Below, piece by piece: positions 50,990 to 59,192 of a stretch of DNA of 64,000 nucleotides. The stretch lies in sequence record ON210137.1; one strand, given 5' to 3'. The stretch is from Escherichia phage EC150. The notes under the pieces are model-generated. The model was given only the letters and a program-made list of their open reading frames with translations. It made no database searches and was not told where the DNA came from. The position numbers and the translations under genes are program-made. Each line of letters opens with the position of its first letter. Position 1 is the first letter of the stretch.

Positions 50990-53873
50990 CTGGATACACC
51001 TGTTTGATAACGTCGACGATGAACATATCAATGCCTTCAAGCTTGCGGCCTTTCATCAGGAAGAATGCACCGTTCCCGACGTACTCTGCAATGTACTTCC
51101 CGTATTTCTGGAACTTCTCTGGGCGAATCCTGAAGCGCATTGGCGAGTCGGTCGAATCGTCCTTGCACATAAGGTCGATGAATTGAGTTTCAAGCTTGTT
51201 TCCATACTGGTCAAATTCTGCGTAGCGGCCATCGGCCTGAAGACCCTTTTTAAGCTTGCCGTGCTTTGTATAAATGCCGCGCTCAAGACGTTTACGGATG
51301 CGTGTTGCTTCGTTCTCGTCTGCCAGCACTTTCTTGGTCAGCTTGCCGATTACTATTGCACGCTCATCATCGCCTACTTCCTTCATCTGGCGTATTGAAG
51401 CGCCGGAAGTGACGCCAATCAGATATGGGTCATTATATGCCCAGCCGAACTTGGTGTGCATCTCTGTAAGGTCGCCGTATTTAACTTCAGCATTGGCCAA
51501 TGCATCCTTCTGCTTTTGCGTTAAGGTTCCGGCTTCACGTGCTTCGATGTACTTCATCGCCTTCACCATTCCGTACCCTTTAGCGTTCATGATGCCGCCG
51601 ATTAGCTTTCCGTTAGCGATGGTCCAGTTCATTGAAGAGTGATCAGGGTCGATTGGCACATAATCCACGCCTTCCTTCGCAAGTTCACGTAATATCGCAA
51701 TCGTCTGGTCTTCGTCCTTAGCAGCGCGTAAGCAAGCAGCGGCAAATTCCAACGGGTAGTGTCGTTTAAGCCACAAGGTCCAGTAGGTTACGACCGCGTA
51801 TGACACGGAGTGTGACTTGTTAAAGCCCCATGACCCGAACGTCGCCATCGCCTGCCAAAGCTTTCTTGCATCCGCTTCCGGTACGCCGTTATTTATTGCG
51901 CCTGCAACGAAGTCTTCGCCAAGCTTGTTAAAGTATTCCTCGCCCTTACGACCTGACATCGCCTTACGCACGGCTGATGTTTTCGCCCAGTCGAATGAAC
52001 CAATCTCTTTAACCACGGCCATGATTTGCTCTTGGTAAAGAAACACGCCGTAAGTCTCTTTTAAGTACGGCTCAAGCTGCGGCACGTCGTACTCAATCGG
52101 CGCACGCCCTGCCGCGCGTTCAATGTATTTCTGGGCCATACCGGATGACAACGGGCCAGGTCGACCAAGTGCTGTCAGGTTATCGATTTTGTTGAAGTTG
52201 TCAACGTGCACAAAGTTGGTTACTGAGCGCACAGCGTCACCTTCAAACTGAAAGATTCCTGACATCTTGTTTTCGTTAAGGATATCAAGGACGCTTTGGT
52301 CATCAAGCTTGATTCCGTATAGCGTTTCAGCATCTATCACGCCAGTATCAGAAATGATTCCGAGGGTGCGAAGACCCAACGCATCAAGCTTCAAAAGGTT
52401 AAGGTATTCGCTGTCAGGCTTATCAATTTGCGCAATCCCTTCCGCCGTTACCGTACAGTAATCAGAGATTGGGTCATTACACACGATGATTCCCGCTGCG
52501 TGAACGCCAGTGTGGGAAGGGTGAATCTCAAGGTCACCCATGCATCGCGCGGCGTCAGGATATTTCGCCACGAACTCTTGGCCCGTGGTCGTTGTTGCAA
52601 AAGTATCCTCCAGGCCGTGACCATAACGGGCGTCACCGGATGAGTATTCAAGCAATGCGTTTTTAATGTTGGCCGTTTCGTGATATCCAATGTTGAACTT
52701 CTTACCAACCTGAGCCATTACTGAGTTGGCCTTAAGCGTGTTGATGTTGCCAAGCTTTGCAACGTTCATTTCGCCATATTTTTCTTTAAGGTAATCAAAC
52801 ACCATATAACGTTTGGTGTCCTCAAAGTCAATATCAATATCAGGGAGGTCGGCGCGGCTTACGTCGATGAATCGGGCAAATAGCAGCTTATACGGGATTG
52901 GGTCAACTTCCGTGATGCCGAGGCAATAACAAACCAGTGAACCAGCCGATGAGCCGCGTGCAGGACCGACAAGCATTTTTGTTTTTGCGAATCGTACAAG
53001 GTCCGCTACTACCAGAAAGTATGAGTCGAAATCTTTCAACTGAATCTGGTGAATTTCTTCGTTGAAGCGGTCCTCATATTCCTGAGTCCATTCTTTGATG
53101 TGACCTGCTTTGAGACGGTACTCCATCCCCTCACGCGCAAGCTTTACCATATCACCAGCAAGGTGAATAATCGGTGCCTTGCGTAATTTCAGGTCAAGTC
53201 CGACTATGCCGTTTGCTATGTCAACAGCATTGGCCGTTGCCTGATTCAGCTCATCTTCCGTCAAGATGCCTTTAAGCTGTTTGCGCAAGTCTTCCGCGTC
53301 AACGATGCAGTGCGGCTTGACCGTGTCGCGCACTTCCCAAGCATAAGCAAAGTCAACGTGCTCAGGTGAAGGCATGTGGTTGTATCCGGTTAAAACCAGC
53401 GGCCTTCCGTTGCTGCGGTGAGCCAACACCTGGCGCTTAGCCAAAAGGAACGATGATGGGTTGACGTCTATATAATCGTAGTCCTCTGGCCGCAGCAGCT
53501 CAACGGCACCGCCACAGAATTTAACGACGCCATCAAGCGCACCGAACTCTTCACGGGTAAGCCCACCGCGCTGCGTTGAAAGTGTTGTAGCGTTGTAAAA
53601 AGATTTTAAGTCAAGGGACAGTATCCAAGCCTTCGGTTTGAATCCCTTTTTCGGGTCCGCATCAGGGTCGATGATTGGAATCTCCATCCCAAACATAGGC
53701 TTAATATCATTTTTCTGGCATTCCTTTTCCCAGCGGACGTGACCCCATGTGTTGTTATCAACTAATGCCGCGACTTCGCAGCCCAACTCTTTGAGCCGTG
53801 CTATAATTTCAGGATGCCGTCCATAAACTTCTTTGAACGTGTAACCGCTGCGAACTCTCAATTGTGGAAACAT
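50970..53873 (-). CDS. dnaE: DNA polymerase III alpha-type (DnaE-like) replicative polymerase
   Basis: 967 aa. ..GPARGSSAGSLVCYCLGITEVDP.., ..DIDIDF.., and finger/thumb regions colinear with bacterial DnaE. The N-terminal PHP motif is degenerate (QLRVRSGYT instead of HLRVHSDYS). Confidence 0.9.
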   Translation of the reverse strand: MFPQLRVRSGYTFKEVYGRHPEIIARLKELGCEVAALVDNNTWGHVRWEKECQKNDIKPMFGMEIPIIDPDADPKKGFKPKAWILSLDLKSFYNATTLSTQRGGLTREEFGALDGVVKFCGGAVELLRPEDYDYIDVNPSSFLLAKRQVLAHRSNGRPLVLTGYNHMPSPEHVDFAYAWEVRDTVKPHCIVDAEDLRKQLKGILTEDELNQATANAVDIANGIVGLDLKLRKAPIIHLAGDMVKLAREGMEYRLKAGHIKEWTQEYEDRFNEEIHQIQLKDFDSYFLVVADLVRFAKTKMLVGPARGSSAGSLVCYCLGITEVDPIPYKLLFARFIDVSRADLPDIDIDFEDTKRYMVFDYLKEKYGEMNVAKLGNINTLKANSVMAQVGKKFNIGYHETANIKNALLEYSSGDARYGHGLEDTFATTTTGQEFVAKYPDAARCMGDLEIHPSHTGVHAAGIIVCNDPISDYCTVTAEGIAQIDKPDSEYLNLLKLDALGLRTLGIISDTGVIDAETLYGIKLDDQSVLDILNENKMSGIFQFEGDAVRSVTNFVHVDNFNKIDNLTALGRPGPLSSGMAQKYIERAAGRAPIEYDVPQLEPYLKETYGVFLYQEQIMAVVKEIGSFDWAKTSAVRKAMSGRKGEEYFNKLGEDFVAGAINNGVPEADARKLWQAMATFGSWGFNKSHSVSYAVVTYWTLWLKRHYPLEFAAACLRAAKDEDQTIAILRELAKEGVDYVPIDPDHSSMNWTIANGKLIGGIMNAKGYGMVKAMKYIEAREAGTLTQKQKDALANAEVKYGDLTEMHTKFGWAYNDPYLIGVTSGASIRQMKEVGDDERAIVIGKLTKKVLADENEATRIRKRLERGIYTKHGKLKKGLQADGRYAEFDQYGNKLETQFIDLMCKDDSTDSPMRFRIRPEKFQKYGKYIAEYVGNGAFFLMKGRKLEGIDMFIVDVIKQVYPDGNKQP

Positions 53874-54415
53874 TATTTACTCCAGATGTCATATACGCCA
53901 ATTTGTTGGCAGACTTTGTGCAGTAATATTACGTCGTCTAATGCACGGTGCTTCTGTTCATATTTTCCGAAATATAATTCATACAGCTCTTGAAGCTTAA
54001 CTCTTCGGCCAAAAATAGGCAAGGTTTGCTCAACTGTACATATGTTTATTTCTGGAAAATTAACATCATCAAGCGTAAGTCCTTCGCGCTGTAGTGCATA
54101 ATCAAGAATGTTTTTATCGAACGCATGGTTGTGCGCGATAGTTGCATCAGTCTTCTTGAAGATTTCTTTTAGCTGCGGGACGAAATTGATGAACGGTGGA
54201 TTGCACTCAAGGTCTTCATTAGTTAATCCGGTAATCTTTGTGATGATTTCTTCAATCACAATTTCAGGATTAATTATGAATTCAAACGTTTCAAGAATCT
54301 CTTTGCCGTCTGTCAACAGACCTGCAAATTCAATAGGACGCGGCTGCATCCCAAGCGGCGCTTTCGGGTGCACGGTCAATCCGGTTGTTTCGAAGTCATA
54401 AGGGAGAAATAACAC
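53873..54415 (-). CDS. DnaQ/epsilon-like 3'-5' exonuclease
   Basis: 180 aa. ExoI YDFETTGL, ExoII IAHNHAFDKNIL, ExoIII HRALDDV. Its stop overlaps the polymerase ATG (TAATG). Confidence 0.8.
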   Translation of the reverse strand: MLFLPYDFETTGLTVHPKAPLGMQPRPIEFAGLLTDGKEILETFEFIINPEIVIEEIITKITGLTNEDLECNPPFINFVPQLKEIFKKTDATIAHNHAFDKNILDYALQREGLTLDDVNFPEINICTVEQTLPIFGRRVKLQELYELYFGKYEQKHRALDDVILLHKVCQQIGVYDIWSK

Positions 54416-54469
54416 ATTAGCCTCCTACAAAAAGGCCGCCCATTAGGACGGCCACAGATTCACGATTCG

Positions 54470-55021
54470 TTATACGGTGTACGGAGTACCGTCTTGATTC
54501 AAGCGCACGATAAACTTAAGGTCGACGCCAATAATATCACGCGTGTCAAAGATCACATAGTTGTAGCGACGTTGACCAGCAATGTTAGGATTGGTGTGGG
54601 AGTCGGTGATGACTTCCTGCGCAACCTGAATATGTTCGTTCTTAAAGAACTCACGCCATTCGGCAAGTTCTGCGGCAGTCACGTGCATGCCAAGGTGGCT
54701 AACCTGATTATCGTGCGCATCGATGTATTCAATGTTTTCGTTAATCCAGTTGCAGCCCTTTGTGTAGTCAAGGATTTCAAGCTCAAGAGGCTTACCAGCG
54801 CTGCCATCAGTTCCGTTTCCAGCTTGATAGTTGAAGCGTAAATCAGCTTCGTTGGTGCAATCGCCGCGCTGGCCTTTAAAGTCATCAGATTCAAATACGC
54901 GACCAGTAGCAACAACGTGATCATGGAACCATTCTGTCAGGCCGATTTTAGCCAGGAAATTCTGTGCGCGCTGAGCACCTGGGATTGACAGGGCGATTTG
55001 TTCAATTTTAAAATGTGGCAT
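54470..55021 (-). CDS. VOC/glyoxalase-fold protein candidate
   Basis: 183 aa. ..KIEQIALSIP.. and ..VSHLGMHV.. resemble paired beta-alpha-beta-beta-beta VOC modules. Weak by-eye call. Confidence 0.4.
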   Translation of the reverse strand: MPHFKIEQIALSIPGAQRAQNFLAKIGLTEWFHDHVVATGRVFESDDFKGQRGDCTNEADLRFNYQAGNGTDGSAGKPLELEILDYTKGCNWINENIEYIDAHDNQVSHLGMHVTAAELAEWREFFKNEHIQVAQEVITDSHTNPNIAGQRRYNYVIFDTRDIIGVDLKFIVRLNQDGTPYTV

Positions 55022-55117
55022 TTTGTTTCCTTAATTAAATATTATTGATTAATTACTGTGTTATCTTCGTCCTGTTTCTTTTCAGGAGCGGGTGTGACAA
55101 CTTCAAATGTTCGTGAT

Positions 55118-55801
55118 TTATTTCCCAAATGGAATATCAGTACCAGACATAAAGCGCCATGCGCCCGTAATTAAGATATGGCGAATGAAGTCAGCAATTA
55201 CTTGCGGCTCAGTCTCCAATCCATTCATCAGTGCCTTTTTCTGGTATTCAGCAGCATACTCAGGAGTCCAGCCGCGAGTCGCGCAAACAGCATCTTCAAT
55301 CTGTTTGGACATGCCAGTACCACGTAGCTTGTTAGGACTAATAGAGAATACCGTGATGCCGTATTTAGGCGTAAGCTCGTGAGCCATCTGCTTGCTAATC
55401 ATAAGCGCAGCAGCCTTGGATGCATTATAACACAAGCTGGACGTCATAGGAATGTGCGCAGCGTTAGAAACGATATTGATCACAAAACCTTTGTTGTCGA
55501 TAAGACTTTTCAGCGCGGCTTGAGTCGTGTTAACGAAAGAGAATGCGTTGGTGTGCATAACGCGATTGAACTCTTCGTAGTTAACATCTTCGAACCAGTT
55601 GTTGGAGTTGACGCCAGCGCAGTTGATCAAGCCTTCTACATCATATGGGCTTAAAATTTCTTTCATCTGTTTAGCGTCGCGGACGTCATATCCGTATGCT
55701 GAATCGATGCCAAGCACGTTATGACCGTAAGCGCCAAGGGTGTCAAAAATAGATTTACCAAGACCGGAATTGGAACCTGTTACAACAATTACTTTTTTCA
55801 T
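55118..55801 (-). CDS. classical short-chain dehydrogenase/reductase (SDR)
   Basis: 227 aa. Cofactor motif VVTGSNSGLGKS (TGxxxGxG), NCAG, catalytic YNASK (YxxxK). Confidence 0.85.
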   Translation of the reverse strand: MKKVIVVTGSNSGLGKSIFDTLGAYGHNVLGIDSAYGYDVRDAKQMKEILSPYDVEGLINCAGVNSNNWFEDVNYEEFNRVMHTNAFSFVNTTQAALKSLIDNKGFVINIVSNAAHIPMTSSLCYNASKAAALMISKQMAHELTPKYGITVFSISPNKLRGTGMSKQIEDAVCATRGWTPEYAAEYQKKALMNGLETEPQVIADFIRHILITGAWRFMSGTDIPFGK

Positions 55802-55866
55802 TTATTTATCCTTTTTGGACTTCGTTTCGATGAGATAAATATAACTCATCGAAACGCACAAGTAAA

Positions 55867-56739
55867 CTATTTATTGAAATTAATATTATGGGTGTTGACA
55901 AGACGTTCACACATGGCGCTGTAAACACCATCGTCGTGTATTGAGTCTTCGTGCTTCAGGCCGCTGATTGCGAAGCGTGTAAGCTTGACAATCTTAAGCT
56001 CGAACAGATGCCACATGTGGTAGTCTTCCGGCGTTTTCAACGTTACGCCATTAGGGAAAAGCACCTGCATAACCTGGCCTACCATCACAGCGTTATCGCC
56101 ATAGACAGCGTTGCGCTCACGAAAGGTTGCTGCCATTGCATCAAGAATATCGGCGGCAGTTGCCGGAGATTGTTCAACTTCCACAGCCTTAGTCTCTTCT
56201 TGCCCTGTTGCGCTTGGATCAATTGCTAATTGTTGCACCACTTCACCTGCCTTGCAAAGATTAAATGTAAAAGCGATTTTATTTTGAGCAACGGAATTAT
56301 AATACAATGCTTCATCTTGCATCCGCGCGAGTACGTCTTGTCGGTCGTCGAATACGTTGATGATTCGATAATCGCCGTGGCGCAATGCGTGCGATAGCCA
56401 TGCAGATTTCATAATAGTTGATGGACGTTTGTCGCCATAGTCTCTCATCTTGATTGTAAATTCATCAAAAGGAAAAACATTGTCCAGACGTTCAAAAGTC
56501 ACTTGTCTGTATTTTTCTGGCCTTGCAGTCCAATATTCAACCGCCTCACCGCGAAGAGATGCCGACTCTACTGCTGATGCAATGTGAGGATAGAACTGAT
56601 CATAACCAATACCGCTATGATAGTCATCATAGTCTGACAACGGACCTGCCACCTTGATGCGGTCTAAGCGCCAACGGTCATCAAACAGCGTTCCGTCAAG
56701 GTCGAATACGTTTAAGATTTCGCTGTTTTTAATGCTCAT
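55867..56739 (-). CDS. HAD-type phosphatase fused to a C-terminal helical domain (DUF6378-like)
   Basis: 290 aa. N-terminal FDLDGTLFD (HAD motif I) and ..NVFDDRQD.. (motif IV-like). The C-terminal ..RERNAVYGDN....LFELKIVKLTRF.....HEDSIHDDGVYSAM.. recalls a common phage domain. Confidence 0.55.
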   Translation of the reverse strand: MSIKNSEILNVFDLDGTLFDDRWRLDRIKVAGPLSDYDDYHSGIGYDQFYPHIASAVESASLRGEAVEYWTARPEKYRQVTFERLDNVFPFDEFTIKMRDYGDKRPSTIMKSAWLSHALRHGDYRIINVFDDRQDVLARMQDEALYYNSVAQNKIAFTFNLCKAGEVVQQLAIDPSATGQEETKAVEVEQSPATAADILDAMAATFRERNAVYGDNAVMVGQVMQVLFPNGVTLKTPEDYHMWHLFELKIVKLTRFAISGLKHEDSIHDDGVYSAMCERLVNTHNINFNK

Positions 56740-57539
56740 CCTTTTGATACTCCATCTTTAGCAACTGGATTGTTGGTGATTGGCATCGCACTCCAAAACT
56801 GGATGCGCAACTCTTCTTGCTGTGACGTGGTATCCATCCAATCACGATACCAAGGGCAATGGGCTTTGCCATGACGAGGAAACGCGCATTTACCCATACC
56901 GATGCATTGCGGCTGTAATAATGGATTTGCCCACGGGTGCACCTTGAGGACTTCCGCAACCATTGCGCGGAATACTTCTTGATACTCGCCTTGAGTGCGC
57001 GTGCACAAGCGGTTTGACGCCATCTGCTGCAGCGTGCGCAAGTTGAACTTTGCCATGATATGCGTTTGCATATTAGAAGGCAACACGGCACGTGCATCTT
57101 GAATCTCTGCGCCAGCCGCGCGAAGCTCTTGATACAAAGCATCGATAGTCGCCATCGCATCATCCCACTTCTCTGCCAGTTCAGCGGCCTTCTCGTCATG
57201 ACGAGTCCATCCCTTTGGATCATCCTCTGGGTAAGTGAATTTAGCAGGACGAATCGCATCAAATGCAGACGACTCCTGAGCGCGGCTGGTGCGTTCTTGA
57301 TATGCGCCTGTGCGTGTGCGTACCATCTGATGGGTCATGTTCTTTGATACATCTGTGATATCAAAGATATAGTCCACAAAGTCAAAAGGCGACTTGATTG
57401 TATCAAGCATGTAGCGCCAATGCTCTTGCTTCTCTGATTCCGTCATCTCAGAGACAGGCTTACCAGTCATGCGCGTGTTCTTTGTTTCCAGCAAAAGGTC
57501 AAGTGCATCTTGGGTGTATCGAATTAATTCAACTTTCAT
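56736..57539 (-). CDS. thyX: flavin-dependent thymidylate synthase (ThyX family)
   Basis: 267 aa. ..HQMVRTRTGAYQERTSRAQ.. aligns with the ThyX RHR(x7-8)S motif (RHR replaced by RTR). ..ARAVLPSNMQT....NLRTL......R.C.RTQGEYQEVF.. matches the second conserved block. Confidence 0.8.
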   Translation of the reverse strand: MKVELIRYTQDALDLLLETKNTRMTGKPVSEMTESEKQEHWRYMLDTIKSPFDFVDYIFDITDVSKNMTHQMVRTRTGAYQERTSRAQESSAFDAIRPAKFTYPEDDPKGWTRHDEKAAELAEKWDDAMATIDALYQELRAAGAEIQDARAVLPSNMQTHIMAKFNLRTLQQMASNRLCTRTQGEYQEVFRAMVAEVLKVHPWANPLLQPQCIGMGKCAFPRHGKAHCPWYRDWMDTTSQQEELRIQFWSAMPITNNPVAKDGVSKG

Positions 57540-57552
57540 TTTAATTATCCTA

Positions 57553-57999
57553 TTAACGGTAATTCACTAGTTGCTGATCACCAGAGAAGGTGCAATGATA
57601 AACGAATTGTGCGTTATAAAGCAACTGAAAACTTTTCTTTGGTTCATTATTAGAACTCATCGATGTAAAGATTTCTGCACCAGAACGGTTTTCACCAATC
57701 AGATTAATAAAGCCGCCAGTTGAACGAGGCTGGACGAAAGTGAAACGTTGCATCCACGGAGTACGGTTGGCACCTTTCCCTGTGAATCCCTGAATCTGAA
57801 TATTCAGACCTTCTTGCTCGTTCACACCGATGTAAGTGGTAATCTTCGCACCAGTCGTTGCTGCGGTCTTACCGTCCATCGCTTCGCAATCGTAAACAGC
57901 GATTGAATCGGAAGTACGGATGGCAGCTTCAGTCGCTTCCATATACATGGTGCCGAGAATAGCAGTTGCGGCAAGCGCGATTCCAGTGATTCGTTTCAT
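57553..57999 (-). CDS. secreted protein of unknown function
   Basis: 148 aa. Signal peptide MKRITGIALAATAILGTMYMEATEA. Confidence 0.55.
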   Translation of the reverse strand: MKRITGIALAATAILGTMYMEATEAAIRTSDSIAVYDCEAMDGKTAATTGAKITTYIGVNEQEGLNIQIQGFTGKGANRTPWMQRFTFVQPRSTGGFINLIGENRSGAEIFTSMSSNNEPKKSFQLLYNAQFVYHCTFSGDQQLVNYR

Positions 58000-58064
58000 T
58001 TCCGTTTCCTCTATGAGTTCTGCTTCAATGATTAAAGTATACGCCCATTGAAGCAGAAAGCAAA

Positions 58065-59060
58065 TTATTTATTAGCAATATAAGCAAATTTTTGATAGTT
58101 ATTTGCTTTGATGAGTTTTTCAACTTCAACAAGGTCATGAGCGACGTCATCAAGCAAAATGTTGCGCCAGGTAGCAAATCGACCGACACTAAACACGTTC
58201 AAATCCATGGTCAGCTGCAGGAGTAGGGCGTGTCGCAAGTCTTTCGGAATGTCGACAATCTTGCCATATTTCTGGTCGACCTTTTCAACTTCTTCAAGAG
58301 CAATGTCACTCCATGAGAGGCCAAAAGCTGTCAACACTTCGTCGACTTCTGCGCGCAGCTTGATGTCACGGTAACGAGTGATGCCGCCAGCGGCTTCAAC
58401 TGCAGCTTCACTCACGCTGACCAAAGGAATTGTTTCAATGATCAGTGTGTCGCCAGTGATTGATGCGCGGTAAGTTCTGACGGAGTAGTCAGGGAAGTAA
58501 ATTGTTTGATACAAATCACACTTACGTTTAATCTTAAAGCGGTAAACGCGAATGTTTGCTTTATCAAATGAGAAATCAAGCTTTTGATCAATCCCAGCCA
58601 GCTTCATCATGACTGGCAGCGGCGACGTGTTGATGATTGGCGTCTCGCTATAGCCGCAAAGAGTATCAACCGGAGTATTAAAGAATATGCGGTCACCCAG
58701 TTTGTCGACAAGCTGATCATAAAAGTCATCAGGCGCAATATAACGTGTTGCAGTCTTAAGCTTCATGATTGAACGGCTGCCAAACTGATTGGTGACCTTC
58801 ATGGAATACATATTGGCAAGGTTGATTGGGCAATGGTCGTGGTAGTAGTTGCCGCGAAAATACACAGCCTTGTCAACTGTCACGGCCTTGAAAGGGATTC
58901 CGGTAATACGGCTTACTTCTTCGCCGCGAAAGCGTAGAAGCGCCTTGTGCTGTTGCGCTCGTTCCCCTGCTTCGTACACAATAGAGTTCGGGAAGTGACA
59001 CGCTGTGATAAGTCCTGCCAGTCCGCCGCCGATAATCATTACAGGTTGTTTCATGTTCAT
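58065..59060 (-). CDS. FAD/NAD(P)-binding oxidoreductase-fold protein (UDP-galactopyranose-mutase/amine-oxidase-like)
   Basis: 331 aa. N-terminal dinucleotide-binding VMIIGGGLAGL (GxGxxG). C-terminal ..SVGRFATWRN..LDD.. resembles the Glf/PPOX-type closing motif. Confidence 0.65.
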   Translation of the reverse strand: MNMKQPVMIIGGGLAGLITACHFPNSIVYEAGERAQQHKALLRFRGEEVSRITGIPFKAVTVDKAVYFRGNYYHDHCPINLANMYSMKVTNQFGSRSIMKLKTATRYIAPDDFYDQLVDKLGDRIFFNTPVDTLCGYSETPIINTSPLPVMMKLAGIDQKLDFSFDKANIRVYRFKIKRKCDLYQTIYFPDYSVRTYRASITGDTLIIETIPLVSVSEAAVEAAGGITRYRDIKLRAEVDEVLTAFGLSWSDIALEEVEKVDQKYGKIVDIPKDLRHALLLQLTMDLNVFSVGRFATWRNILLDDVAHDLVEVEKLIKANNYQKFAYIANK

Positions 59061-59084
59061 TTGTCCTTTGTGGGTGATATGAGA

Positions 59085-59113
59085 AGTATAATAGCTAAAT
59101 TATTTTACAGCAA
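59085..59113 (-). promoter_or_regulatory. sigma70-like promoter
   Basis: Minus strand: TTGCTG (59113-59108), 17-nt spacer, TATACT (59090-59085). Lies upstream of 58065..59060. Confidence 0.45.
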
Positions 59114-59137
59114 CAAGTCATTTTATTTAGTACAGAT

Positions 59138-59166
59138 GAAAAAAGACCCACAACAAGTGTGGGTCA
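59138..59166 (-). terminator. rho-independent terminator
   Basis: Stem GACCCACA/TGTGGGTC (59145-59165), followed on the minus strand by TTTTTTCAT. Confidence 0.6.
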
Positions 59167-59192
59167 ATTACCGCTGCATAACCGTCCTAAGG

